A stretch of DNA of 64,000 bases from a virus (IMGVR_UViG_3300028887_000069:116898-180897), one strand, 5' to 3'; numbered from the stretch's first letter, positions 1 through 9,022 are shown. Translations and numbers: made by a program. Notes: a model not told the origin generated them from the letters alone.

Positions 1-1
1 A

Positions 2-184
2 ACCTACCGAGTCAACATGTCCCTCGTCACGAAGTACTTCACATCCGAGGACTCCTCAGGCACCTGCATCTACGGCGACAACAAGACCTTCATCCTCCTC
101 GCATCAGAATCCCCCGAGGAAATAGACAATCTCCTCCAAGAAAAACTCTCCCCCACCCGACACATCTCCCCCGACCTCCCCTAA
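2..184 (+). CDS. Partial hypothetical protein (3' end; begins before window)
   Basis: Open frame from 2 to TAA at 182-184 (TYRVNMSLVTKYF...SPDLP) with strong C-ending codon bias. Confidence 0.6.
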   Translation, partial: TYRVNMSLVTKYFTSEDSSGTCIYGDNKTFILLASESPEEIDNLLQEKLSPTRHISPDLP

Positions 185-201
185 GACACGATTGTGTCTT
201 A
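182..201. terminator. Perfect 8-bp hairpin at end of first gene
   Basis: TAAGACAC-GATT-GTGTCTTA; no U-tract, so terminator role is uncertain. Confidence 0.35.
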
Positions 202-223
202 TCCATACCCCCGCAATCCAAAA

Positions 224-239
224 TGTTTCACGTGAAACA
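224..239. promoter_or_regulatory. parS: parS centromere-like site
   Basis: Exact TGTTTCACGTGAAACA, the consensus bound by chromosomal ParB/Spo0J; palindrome extends 221-242. Confidence 0.8.
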
Positions 240-287
240 TTTATGTTAATCTATTGTAAATTAATTTTTTAACACACAAAAAATATT

Positions 288-593
288 ATGACAACAGATG
301 AAGTAAGGGGAATGTTCCACGACATAAAGGAATCTCTCGAGCATAAACTCTACAACGAATGCATGAAGGAGTACCGCGACTACCGCAGCGAGAACAATCT
401 CGACCGTCTCCCCACGGTCGGCATGGACACCATCCTCTACGATGAACAGTGCCGTGAGGCGGAGACCATATACAACAAATGCAATGCAGTCTACAGGCAA
501 AAAGCGGCTGAACTCGACAAGACCCTCGACTCGGTCTCCGACGAACTCGAACACCGCCTGTGGTTCCATATGATGGATGAAATGAATTCCTAA
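288..593 (+). CDS. Hypothetical protein
   Basis: 101-aa ORF after A-rich leader, phage-like codon usage. Confidence 0.75.
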   Translation: MTTDEVRGMFHDIKESLEHKLYNECMKEYRDYRSENNLDRLPTVGMDTILYDEQCREAETIYNKCNAVYRQKAAELDKTLDSVSDELEHRLWFHMMDEMNS

Positions 594-607
594 AAAACGT
601 TAAAATA

Positions 608-616
608 TGTTTCACG
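608..616. promoter_or_regulatory. parS half-site
   Basis: TGTTTCACG, right arm degenerate. Confidence 0.4.
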
Positions 617-654
617 ATGTGTTAATCATTTGATAATCAATATGTTAAATGAAT

Positions 655-670
655 TGTTTCACGTGAAACA
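655..670. promoter_or_regulatory. parS: parS centromere-like site
   Basis: Second exact TGTTTCACGTGAAACA. Confidence 0.8.
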
Positions 671-967
671 TAGGTCTGTTAATTTTTGTTAAATTTTTTG
701 GTGGGGAAAAAACAAAGGACAGTTTCTCACATCCAAATCCCCCGAATTCCGAAATTTCCGTAAAAGCCGCAGAATGCTTTAAGGTGTGTTACTTCCGATT
801 TCGTGCACAGTGGCAACGGAATTATATATCAATCCATTTGGTTTACAAGGCTTTCGCAGAGGTTGTCTCCATAACTTTCTGTAAATCATGCGTTTCTATC
901 CCATTGATTATCAGTGGGGTATATAACAGTCTATAATACAACATTTTATATAGGTATATTTCTCTTT

Positions 968-1034
968 TTAACATCTTTTAGGAAAAAGTGTTTGGTTGGT
1001 TTGGAAATTCTTCTTACCTTTGCAAACGTAAACA
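968..1034 (+). promoter_or_regulatory. Repeated promoter module 1
   Basis: TTAACA-N4-TTTAGG, TTTG near -33, TACCTTTG at 1015-1022, then CAAACGTAAACA. Confidence 0.8.
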
Positions 1035-1072
1035 AGAAACAAAGTATAAACAATCTAAAAGAAAGGGGAAAT

Positions 1073-1708
1073 ATGAACTTAGAAAACATGACAATTGTTG
1101 GAGTTAACAAAACAGCCGTGATTCGTGACAAGACTTATTCAATCGAAGAGGTCTATGAGGCAGTCAAAGACGATATGTTTGTTCCCACGACCGAACAGGT
1201 TCAAAGTAAAAGTAAGAAAAAGGGAAAAGGCAAATACAAACGCGGCAACCGCAAACGTGTAATGCTTGACGGCGAAATGGTTAAAGCCAACAGTCAGCGT
1301 TTGCAGTTGTTTTATACAAAAGGTTTTAAATGTGTTCAGTGCGGCACTGAGGGAAAGTTCTTTATCATGATAAAGAACAGGAACAACAAAGGTCAACTTG
1401 ACAATTATTACCATCTTGAGCTTGTCGGAATCACTCCTTCCGGTCAATATGTCATAATGACAAAAGACCATATCGTTCCTAAGGCAAAGGGAGGGAAAGA
1501 TGTACTTGAGAATTATCAGACAATGTGTTTCCATTGCAATGTTGCAAAGGCTGACAATTCTGAAGAGTACGTAAACGGTACAATGGATGAACTCAAAGCA
1601 GCAAACAGATATTTGTTCAACGAGAATGCAAAATTGAAAAAGAAGCTAACTGAACTTACAGAAAAATTGGCAAAATACGAAACTAGAGCAGACAAGAATA
1701 TGGCATAG
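1073..1708 (+). CDS. HNH endonuclease
   Basis: TKDHIVPKAKGGKDVLENYQTMCFHCNVAK HNH motif with CxxC pairs; ATG 1073 lies downstream of promoter. Confidence 0.85.
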   Translation: MNLENMTIVGVNKTAVIRDKTYSIEEVYEAVKDDMFVPTTEQVQSKSKKKGKGKYKRGNRKRVMLDGEMVKANSQRLQLFYTKGFKCVQCGTEGKFFIMIKNRNNKGQLDNYYHLELVGITPSGQYVIMTKDHIVPKAKGGKDVLENYQTMCFHCNVAKADNSEEYVNGTMDELKAANRYLFNENAKLKKKLTELTEKLAKYETRADKNMA

Positions 1709-1768
1709 GTCAACGTTTTCCCCCCGATGGCGGCTTATTAACTTTAATTAACAAAACACATATAAATC

Positions 1769-2191
1769 ATGGCAAACAAAAAAATAACAAAAATGGATGT
1801 TGAAAACACCGATATTTACGAACAGAACCACGCCAACACCGAGTACGCTGATAGGCATAGGGGGTGCGGCTCCAGCAATATACCCAAGCAGACTCCAATC
1901 GAGTGGAGCAACTGGGATGAGCTCGTCGGATACTTCAGGGGTTATTTCAGCCATTTCGGTGACGACACCTCAAGTATCGACGATGCCACGTTCAAGAGTA
2001 TTGTGAAAACCATCTGGCGTTTCGGTTATGTCAGCGGTGTTGTCGGGGGCATGAATACAATGAGAGAACTCACACCCACATTCAGTGAACAGCTCAGAGA
2101 ATGGAAAAAGTCCGTCGAAGAGCATAACCGTAACTGTGAGGATGAGAACGACATTCCTGTCAATTTCACCGAACTCATTTCAAGAGTCTAA
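1769..2191 (+). CDS. Hypothetical protein
   Basis: 140-aa ORF, operon-like spacing. Confidence 0.75.
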   Translation: MANKKITKMDVENTDIYEQNHANTEYADRHRGCGSSNIPKQTPIEWSNWDELVGYFRGYFSHFGDDTSSIDDATFKSIVKTIWRFGYVSGVVGGMNTMRELTPTFSEQLREWKKSVEEHNRNCEDENDIPVNFTELISRV

Positions 2192-2202
2192 CACATAAAA
2201 CA

Positions 2203-2436
2203 ATGATAACGAAAGTATACGAAGTCACCTGCGACTACTGCGGCACCTGCCTCAACCACTACATAGGGAAGAAGCCTACTATGGAAGAATTGAGGGAGGA
2301 CGGTTTTTCCACCACTGCGACCAAAGTGTTCTGCAACGAGCGCTGCAAGGGCGACTGGAACCACGACATGTGGGAGAAACGATACCTGAACCTACCCCAG
2401 AACGGAAAAATACACAACCACGAATACGACGGTTGA
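2203..2436 (+). CDS. Small zinc-finger-like protein
   Basis: CDYC...CNERC cysteine pairs. Confidence 0.65.
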   Translation: MITKVYEVTCDYCGTCLNHYIGKKPTMEELREDGFSTTATKVFCNERCKGDWNHDMWEKRYLNLPQNGKIHNHEYDG

Positions 2437-2479
2437 AAACGAATAAAACATTTATATAGTCACCAAAAAAATAAAGAGT

Positions 2480-3055
2480 ATGGAAATTAAATGCAATCTT
2501 AACGATTTGGTTTCACCCGAGAACAGGCCGTACATTGTAGTCCTTGACCGTTGCAGCGGTAAGAGGATGAAGTCTTACGGTGAGTGGTGCGGGTACAGTG
2601 GAAACGGCAAGGGAAGCGAGGGTGAGGTCACCCTTGTCTTCAAGACAGCGGAGAACGAGTCGCAGGTGAAGGAGGTCACCGTGTGTTGTGGGGAGGAGTA
2701 CATTGAGCGTCTTGGCGGGGAGTGGATGATTAAGTCCATGATGCGTAACCGTCTTGTTCCGAGGGAGTACGAGGTGGTCGAGGTCGGGGTTGTGGAGCGT
2801 TACAGTTCGGATGAGAGGGAGAAGAGGGAGGTGATGCTGAAGATACACGAGAGTCTGTCGAGACGGTGTGGTGAGTATGTTTTCTACAGCAAGCCTGTGA
2901 GGATTGAGCTTGGTTCGATAGGCAAGGTTGTGGAGATGGAGTATTTCACCAAGGATTGGTTCGGGATTGACGACATCATAAACTACAGGACGGACCATGT
3001 GCGTATGAGCAGCCTTTCGGTTTCTGATTTGAAGAAGGTGTACGCTGCGATGTGA
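2480..3055 (+). CDS. Hypothetical protein
   Basis: 191-aa ORF, very G-rich codons. Confidence 0.75.
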   Translation: MEIKCNLNDLVSPENRPYIVVLDRCSGKRMKSYGEWCGYSGNGKGSEGEVTLVFKTAENESQVKEVTVCCGEEYIERLGGEWMIKSMMRNRLVPREYEVVEVGVVERYSSDEREKREVMLKIHESLSRRCGEYVFYSKPVRIELGSIGKVVEMEYFTKDWFGIDDIINYRTDHVRMSSLSVSDLKKVYAAM

Positions 3056-3061
3056 TTTGGT

Positions 3062-3128
3062 TTAACATCTTTTAAGGAAAAAGATTTGTTCAGTCCTTGG
3101 GAAGTTAGTACCTTTGCAAATGTAATCA
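3062..3128 (+). promoter_or_regulatory. Repeated promoter module 2
   Basis: TTAACA-N4-TTAAGG, GATTTG, TACCTTTG at 3109-3116; variant tail CAAATGTAATCA. Confidence 0.8.
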
Positions 3129-3150
3129 ATCTAAAGAAAAATAATTTCAT

Positions 3151-3774
3151 ATGCTTACAGTAGACGAGATAAAATCCATGACGGGTATGCACGACATACC
3201 TGCGGAGATATATGTGAACAAGGGAGTGATGCTCGACCCGTTCCTTGCGGAGAACCTTACGGGGAAACCCAAGACGGTGGAGTACGACTTCGACGTGTAC
3301 CTCAAGGACTACGGCGTGAATTTGCAGAGACCGTTTGTGTGGACGCTCTTGCAGCAGGAGGAGTTCATAAAGTCGTTGCTTTTGAACAAGCCGATACCGC
3401 CCGTGGTGGTTGTGGACTTGGATACCCATGAGAGTTTGAACAGGGAAGAGCCGACCAAGCGGTTGGTTATTGACGGGAAGCAGAGGCTGCTCACCATAAA
3501 GAGGTTTCTCATGTGCGACTTTTGCATCACTGTGAACGGGAGGAACTATCGGTACAGTGACCTCGACAACGAGGCGAAGGGTCTTTTCGAGAGGCAGATA
3601 ACCTATCTCAACGCCACGGTGTACTATGCGACTGAGGACAGGGATTGCGCCTGGTACATGTCGGACGACATGAAGATAGCGATATTCAACTTCTACAATT
3701 TCACGGGAACGCCGCAGGAAAAGTCCCATAGGGATTTGCTTGAGGTATTGGTCAAGAAAACAAAAACAGAATAG
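3151..3774 (+). CDS. DUF262 (ParB/Srx-superfamily, GmrS-like) domain protein
   Basis: LQRPFVW...FIKSLL...PIPP...VIDGKQRLLTI motifs. Confidence 0.8.
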   Translation: MLTVDEIKSMTGMHDIPAEIYVNKGVMLDPFLAENLTGKPKTVEYDFDVYLKDYGVNLQRPFVWTLLQQEEFIKSLLLNKPIPPVVVVDLDTHESLNREEPTKRLVIDGKQRLLTIKRFLMCDFCITVNGRNYRYSDLDNEAKGLFERQITYLNATVYYATEDRDCAWYMSDDMKIAIFNFYNFTGTPQEKSHRDLLEVLVKKTKTE

Positions 3775-3780
3775 ATTGAT

Positions 3781-4023
3781 ATGACAAACGAAGAAAAAGC
3801 AAAGGAAATCGGACAGAAATGGTACAATGACGGTGCTAATGAAGTTGCATTTCGCTCAGCACTGCAAATGGCAAAATGGAAAGATGAGCAAATGATTGAA
3901 AAAGCCTGTGAGTGGCTGAAACATAATGCTGAACATTTTACCTACATTTCAGCGCACAGTGGTGATGCGAAAATTAGCGAACATAAACTAATCGAGGAAT
4001 TTGAAAAAGCAATGGAGGAATAA
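3781..4023 (+). CDS. Accessory family A protein
   Basis: IEKACEWL...FEKAMEE motif shared with 4028 and 10211. Confidence 0.75.
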   Translation: MTNEEKAKEIGQKWYNDGANEVAFRSALQMAKWKDEQMIEKACEWLKHNAEHFTYISAHSGDAKISEHKLIEEFEKAMEE

Positions 4024-4027
4024 AGCA

Positions 4028-4264
4028 ATGACAAATATAGACAGATTAAAAGAAATTGCAGAGCCTCGCAGTGAGGAGGCCAAGAACCGAGCATATTGGA
4101 GACGGTTTTACCGTCAGACAATCCGTGAAAATGCCAAGAGTGAATTAATTGAGAAGGCCTGTGGGTGGTTAGAATCCAACTTATGCCATTACGATGAAAA
4201 CTACTGTGAAATAGACTCTGGTAAATCATTAATAGAAGACTTCAAAAAAGCAATGGAGGAATGA
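4028..4264 (+). CDS. Accessory family A protein
   Basis: LIEKACGWL...FKKAMEE; ATG 4028. Confidence 0.75.
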   Translation: MTNIDRLKEIAEPRSEEAKNRAYWRRFYRQTIRENAKSELIEKACGWLESNLCHYDENYCEIDSGKSLIEDFKKAMEE

Positions 4265-4509
4265 TAATGAAAACAAAAATTCAAATTTTCAAGGCCAAAA
4301 GATGGAACAAAGAATGGATAGAGGGGCAACTTATAATTGTGCAAGGAACACCCGTAATTATCCCACTCGACAATCATATTCCTGGACTCCCGTTTGATAA
4401 TTGTCTCGAATGGGACGGGCATCACCTCAGACAAGATGTAGATATACCACTTTGGGTTGACCCCGAAACTGTGGAGTATGTACGTGATGAAGAGATGGAA
4501 ATGGATTAA
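4261..4509 (+). CDS. YopX-like phage protein
   Basis: FKAKR...WIEG.L...VDPETVEY pattern. Confidence 0.55.
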   Translation: MIMKTKIQIFKAKRWNKEWIEGQLIIVQGTPVIIPLDNHIPGLPFDNCLEWDGHHLRQDVDIPLWVDPETVEYVRDEEMEMD

Positions 4510-4546
4510 TGGAAATGGATTATTAATGAACATGGAGGACTAAACA

Positions 4547-5323
4547 ATGACAAAAGAAGACAAAGAATTATTACTGAAAGACCTCTGTGCGAGGTTGCCG
4601 TATGGGGTAAAATGCAATGTGCCATTTAATCAGAATGTCAAGCGTTTAATAGGGATAGAGTGTGATGACGTTGACGGCAATTTACTGTTGTTTGACAGAG
4701 ATGGTGAAAACTTGCCTTGCGAGTGCTATTTGAGTGAGGTAAAACCGTACCTCCGTCCGATGGAGAGCATGACCGAGGACGAAATAACCGAAATATATGA
4801 GTATGCAAAACCATACATAATAGAAGCAATAGGGCATGATGCGGAATCGGATAATCCTGACCGTAAAGTGGAGATAAAGAACGAATTTCTCTCAGATGCG
4901 GTCATTATTGATGAGTTGATTAAACGTCATCTTGATTACCGTGGACTTATTCCAATGGGCTTGGCACTGCCTGCGGAGGAAGGAATGTACAACTATACAA
5001 AAGTTGATGAGAAAAAATTGAGAGAAAACATAGCGAAGAAACTTGTTGATGCTCTCATATACGACAACGACTATGTGAATAGATGGACACCTTTTGATGA
5101 ATCAAAACATTATGGTGGTTGGATTGAAAAGATTGCAGAAAAAGTATCTTTACCATTGGCCAATCAAAAATACTTTACAGACGAAGCAATAGATACGTTT
5201 GCCGTAGGTGATTTTAGTGAGAAAGAAGATATGATAAAAGAACATCCAGAGTTGAGGGAACTCGATAAAGTGTTGGATGAATATTACGACTATCTCTGTG
5301 AAACATTTTCTATAAATAACTAA
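4547..5323 (+). CDS. Accessory family B protein with extra C-terminal domain
   Basis: LLKDLCARLPYG / KPYLRPMESMT / DYRGLIPMGLALPAEEGMY anchors followed by about 110 extra aa. Confidence 0.8.
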   Translation: MTKEDKELLLKDLCARLPYGVKCNVPFNQNVKRLIGIECDDVDGNLLLFDRDGENLPCECYLSEVKPYLRPMESMTEDEITEIYEYAKPYIIEAIGHDAESDNPDRKVEIKNEFLSDAVIIDELIKRHLDYRGLIPMGLALPAEEGMYNYTKVDEKKLRENIAKKLVDALIYDNDYVNRWTPFDESKHYGGWIEKIAEKVSLPLANQKYFTDEAIDTFAVGDFSEKEDMIKEHPELRELDKVLDEYYDYLCETFSINN

Positions 5324-5336
5324 AATCCAAATAATT

Positions 5337-5501
5337 ATGACACAGGAAGAAATGAATGAAATAAAGAACTTCATTGAGGAAAAGAAGTTCATAGCCCGCA
5401 GGACAGACGGATGGAGTTTCTTCTGGAGCGGCGATGCTATCAGTGTCGAGGATTTGATGAGAAAGTTGAAAAACATAATGCGAAGGAAAGCTAACAGATA
5501 A
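5337..5501 (+). CDS. Small hypothetical protein (54 aa)
   Basis: ATG 5337 to TAA 5501 fills the intergenic gap; below the ORF-track cutoff. Confidence 0.55.
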   Translation: MTQEEMNEIKNFIEEKKFIARRTDGWSFFWSGDAISVEDLMRKLKNIMRRKANR

Positions 5502-5505
5502 TTAA

Positions 5506-5787
5506 ATGGAAAGATACTATACTAAAATAATATCTTTCGACGCTGCAAAGGTAATCCGCGTGTTCATCGACGGCTGGCTCAACAAAAAGATGTTCGATTA
5601 TCGTGGACTTATCCCGATGGGTCTTGCGCTCGAAGCAAAAGAAGGAATGTACGACTGGGTGGACTTCAAGGATGCAGGCTGGAAGTATTATCCGAAGGAT
5701 AGGTTTTCGTCCTATGAGGAATACGCACAATACCTTAAGCGCGAAGGTCTGGCGGTGGACGCACCTAAAGGAAAGTATAACAATTAA
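5506..5787 (+). CDS. Family B C-module-containing protein
   Basis: Internal FDYRGLIPMGLALEAKEGMY module without the family N-terminus. Confidence 0.65.
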   Translation: MERYYTKIISFDAAKVIRVFIDGWLNKKMFDYRGLIPMGLALEAKEGMYDWVDFKDAGWKYYPKDRFSSYEEYAQYLKREGLAVDAPKGKYNN

Positions 5788-5803
5788 AAACCCAATAAAC
5801 TTT

Positions 5804-6178
5804 ATGAAACTTATAAGTTATATGTACAGTTACAGCGGTGACAGCGGTCTTTGTTTGTCTAACCGTGAGGAATGGAACACCATCGATAGTTATCTTTATT
5901 TCGATGCTGAAAAATGGGCTATGAAGAAAATTTATGATATAGTTAAGATGATATATCGTAAATATTGTAGTTTTGGTACTACTTGGACTTTGGGAGATGT
6001 TATGGACCATATAAATGATACAATAGTTCCTTTTATCAATGAAACCGATGGAGTATACAGGGATAAGGAGTATTGCGGGAAATCCATTAAGGAAGAAAAA
6101 CAAATTAATCCAAAAGAACACGAAATTATTCCCTGGGAACTTAATGGTAAAACATTTAATTACGACTATCTCAATTGA
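5804..6178 (+). CDS. Hypothetical protein
   Basis: ATG 5804 (MKLISYMY...) within ORF 5603-6178. Confidence 0.7.
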   Translation: MKLISYMYSYSGDSGLCLSNREEWNTIDSYLYFDAEKWAMKKIYDIVKMIYRKYCSFGTTWTLGDVMDHINDTIVPFINETDGVYRDKEYCGKSIKEEKQINPKEHEIIPWELNGKTFNYDYLN

Positions 6179-6266
6179 CTTCTACAACAAGTACCACTTT
6201 GACTACCGAGGACTTATCAAAAAAGGTCTTGTCCTGGAAGCGCCCGAAGGAATGTATAACAAATAA
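6174..6266 (+). pseudogene. Orphan family B C-terminal remnant
   Basis: IDFYNKYHFDYRGLIKKGLVLEAPEGMYNK with no own start, overlapping the end of the 5804 gene. Confidence 0.55.
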
Positions 6267-6278
6267 AATATAATAATC

Positions 6279-6668
6279 ATGACAAACGAAGAAAAACAAC
6301 TACTTCTAAAAGACCTCTGTGCGAGGTTGCCGTATGGGGTGATAACCAAGAATTGCACAAAAAACTCTGATGTTCCCGCCCATCTGCTTCCACATGTTAA
6401 CGGAATTAAACTACTTATTGCTGAATATGACCTTAAACCATATCTCCGTCCGATGGAGAGCATGACGGATGAGGAACGGGAAGAATGGTTCAAGCAAAGT
6501 CATGTTGAGTACGATTGTGAATTTCACACAGAACCGACACTGTCTCTCAGCAATTGTCACTTGTCAACTGATTGGCTCATTGCTAATCATTTCGACTACC
6601 GAGGACTTATACCAATGGGTCTTGCACTCCCCGCACCTGAAGGAATGTACAACAAAATGGAGGAATAG
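6279..6668 (+). CDS. Accessory family B protein
   Basis: All three family B anchors present. Confidence 0.8.
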   Translation: MTNEEKQLLLKDLCARLPYGVITKNCTKNSDVPAHLLPHVNGIKLLIAEYDLKPYLRPMESMTDEEREEWFKQSHVEYDCEFHTEPTLSLSNCHLSTDWLIANHFDYRGLIPMGLALPAPEGMYNKMEE

Positions 6669-6672
6669 AGAT

Positions 6673-7086
6673 ATGTGTCTAACAGTTTTACCAGGCTGCA
6701 AGCCTGAAATCGCAAAGGAAGATATATTGTGCTACAAAGCTGTAGTTGACCACGTAAAATATTGGAGTCCCGCTATACATCCATTCAAAGCAGGGTATTC
6801 ATATCCATACAACAAGGTGCTGACAGCAGAGTCTCATGTCATAGGCAAAATACATCCAATACAGCATTTGGAGATGAAGGGTGGGGGGTGTTTGAATTTC
6901 TATATAGAAGAAGGTTTCCATGCAAACCGTAATAAAACATACCTCCGTACGAATCCATGCATTATACCCAAAGGAACAGAATACTGTCTTGGCGAGGATG
7001 ATGAAATTGTCGCAGTGAATATGATTGTATTCAGGTCTATGCTGGACTATTATTGGTACAGAATAAAGAAATTGTGGCAGGAATAA
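6673..7086 (+). CDS. Accessory family C protein
   Basis: MCL...GCKPEIAKEDI.CYK...EEGFH...IPKGTEYCLG..EIVA; ATG 6673. Confidence 0.8.
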   Translation: MCLTVLPGCKPEIAKEDILCYKAVVDHVKYWSPAIHPFKAGYSYPYNKVLTAESHVIGKIHPIQHLEMKGGGCLNFYIEEGFHANRNKTYLRTNPCIIPKGTEYCLGEDDEIVAVNMIVFRSMLDYYWYRIKKLWQE

Positions 7087-7111
7087 ATACAAACGGTAAA
7101 ATAACAAAAAT

Positions 7112-7708
7112 ATGAAAGCATACAAGGGATTCAACAAACACGAAGACGGTACATTGTGGTGCCGTGACTTCCAATACGAAGTTGGAAAAACCTATACATT
7201 TGATGGTAAACCTGTACCATGTAAACAAGGTTTCCACGCTTGTCATGAGCCGTGGCAGTGTTGGCAGTTCTATCCGAATAACGGGGAGAATGTGTACTAC
7301 GAAGTTGAATGTGGTGGGAAGATAATCAAAAGTAATAATGGTGACGGTAAGTTCGTATGCACGGAAATAACCTTGGTAAAGGAAATCCCCGCGCCTGAGA
7401 GTAAATTTGATGATTGTTGGAATTTCCAAGAAGGATATGCAATTGTGGAGTTGAATGGTGAATATAACTTCATCGATACGGAAGGAAAATACCTATCCGA
7501 GCAGTGGTTCGATTATTGTTATAGTTTCCAAGAAGGATATGCAAGGGTGAACTTGAATTGTAAATGGAACCTTATCAATACTGAAGGAAAGATATTGTCC
7601 GAGCAGTGGTTTGACTATTGTAGGTATTTCCAAGATGATTATGCAAGGGTGTGGTTGAACGGTGTACACTATAAAATGGATAAAAGCGGTAAATTAATTC
7701 AATTATGA
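7112..7708 (+). CDS. Family D: DUF7666-like N-domain plus 3 WG-like repeats
   Basis: KAYKGF..LWCRDFQYEVGKTY..GFHAC, then 34-aa FxEGYA.V.LNG..N.I.T.G..LSEQWF repeats. Confidence 0.75.
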   Translation: MKAYKGFNKHEDGTLWCRDFQYEVGKTYTFDGKPVPCKQGFHACHEPWQCWQFYPNNGENVYYEVECGGKIIKSNNGDGKFVCTEITLVKEIPAPESKFDDCWNFQEGYAIVELNGEYNFIDTEGKYLSEQWFDYCYSFQEGYARVNLNCKWNLINTEGKILSEQWFDYCRYFQDDYARVWLNGVHYKMDKSGKLIQL

Positions 7709-8193
7709 CAAACGAAGAAAAAGAACTACTCCTGAAAGACCTCTGCGGTAGATTGCCGTATGGAGTAAAGATTCAAGTATGGTCATATTGGAATGGCGAT
7801 TACTTTGATATGAAACTACTCGGTATTGACTTGGACGAGGGTGATGTTCTGATTGCTTTGCCGGGTGATAGGTGTGAGATTGAGAAAGTTAAGCCTTATC
7901 TCCGTCCGATGGAGAGTATGACCGAGGAAGAGAAGATAGAACTTCTCAAATATATGTTTGGGGAGGAAGGATTAAATAATTTTCATATCACAAATGATGG
8001 TATCGTTCCTAATGGCTATGACGAGGGCTGTGTAGAGGTGGGGATTGGTGAATTTAACTTACATTGGATTAATTTTAGTAACAGTAATGTTGCCAGATAC
8101 GAAGATTGGCTCGACAAGAATATGTTTGACTACCGTGGACTTATTCCAATGGGCTTGGCACTGCCTGCGGAGGAAGGAATGTACAACGGTTAA
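7705..8193 (+). CDS. Accessory family B protein
   Basis: All three family B anchors present. Confidence 0.8.
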   Translation: MTNEEKELLLKDLCGRLPYGVKIQVWSYWNGDYFDMKLLGIDLDEGDVLIALPGDRCEIEKVKPYLRPMESMTEEEKIELLKYMFGEEGLNNFHITNDGIVPNGYDEGCVEVGIGEFNLHWINFSNSNVARYEDWLDKNMFDYRGLIPMGLALPAEEGMYNG

Positions 8194-8204
8194 AAGTGAG
8201 TATT

Positions 8205-8564
8205 ATGTGTTTGATAGTAAAAGAAGGTTGCAATATTGAGGTTGCCAATGAGGATATCACCTGTTGGAAGGTGGTGGCCCCGCTTGTGGGGGGTGTTAGG
8301 TGGGAGGCGATTTATCAGTTCACACAGCATAAGTTTGATGGGGTTCTGAAAGCTTGTGCCCATCTTCGGGTAAACCCGTATCGTGAGATACACAAGGGGT
8401 TCCATGTGTTTATTGACAAGGCGCATGCTGGGTATGCGAGTCATCTAAGCGGCATTGTGGTTGAATGCACGATACCGAAGGGTGCGGAGTACTGTCTCGG
8501 AAAGTACAACGAGATAGTTGCAAACAAAATGATAGTTCACAAACCAAACAAAATGGAGGAATAG
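8205..8564 (+). CDS. Accessory family C protein
   Basis: CWK...KGFH...CTIPKGAEYCLG..EIVAN. Confidence 0.8.
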   Translation: MCLIVKEGCNIEVANEDITCWKVVAPLVGGVRWEAIYQFTQHKFDGVLKACAHLRVNPYREIHKGFHVFIDKAHAGYASHLSGIVVECTIPKGAEYCLGKYNEIVANKMIVHKPNKMEE

Positions 8565-8568
8565 AGAT

Positions 8569-9018
8569 ATGTGTCTAAGAGTTTTACCAGGGTGTAAGCC
8601 TCAAATCGCAAAACGTGGCATCACATGCTGGAAGTATGTGGTGGAAGAGGGTTTGTCCAGATGGAGCGGTCCGTATTATGGCGGGAAGTTCGAGTACGGC
8701 AAGAGGGTGGTGGCAGAGGCTGCGTGGGAAATGAAAACGGTTGGAAGGCTATGTGTAGAGCCTTACCGTACAACCCGTGGAAAGAAGATAAAGTGTGTTG
8801 AGGAGGGTTTTCATTCGTTCAGGAATCCTGTCGCTGCATGGTCGTTTAATGTCGGTGGGGACTACTTGTTGTACAAAAAGCTCAAGTGGTGTGTCATACC
8901 GAAGGGTGCGGAGTACTGCAAAGGGAGGGAATGTCAGATGGTCTCCACGGACATAGTCGTATTCCGCAGTTTCGGGGATTATCTCAGTTATATTTTTAAG
9001 AGAAACAAAAACAGATAG
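8569..9018 (+). CDS. Accessory family C protein
   Basis: CWK...EEGFHSF...IPKGAEYCKG. Confidence 0.8.
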   Translation: MCLRVLPGCKPQIAKRGITCWKYVVEEGLSRWSGPYYGGKFEYGKRVVAEAAWEMKTVGRLCVEPYRTTRGKKIKCVEEGFHSFRNPVAAWSFNVGGDYLLYKKLKWCVIPKGAEYCKGRECQMVSTDIVVFRSFGDYLSYIFKRNKNR

Positions 9019-9022
9019 AGTT

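Noticed and set aside
1073-3774. HNH plus DUF262 as a split GmrSD restriction system
   Set aside because: The genes sit in separate promoter units with three genes between them, and the HNH looks like a free-standing zinc-binding type.
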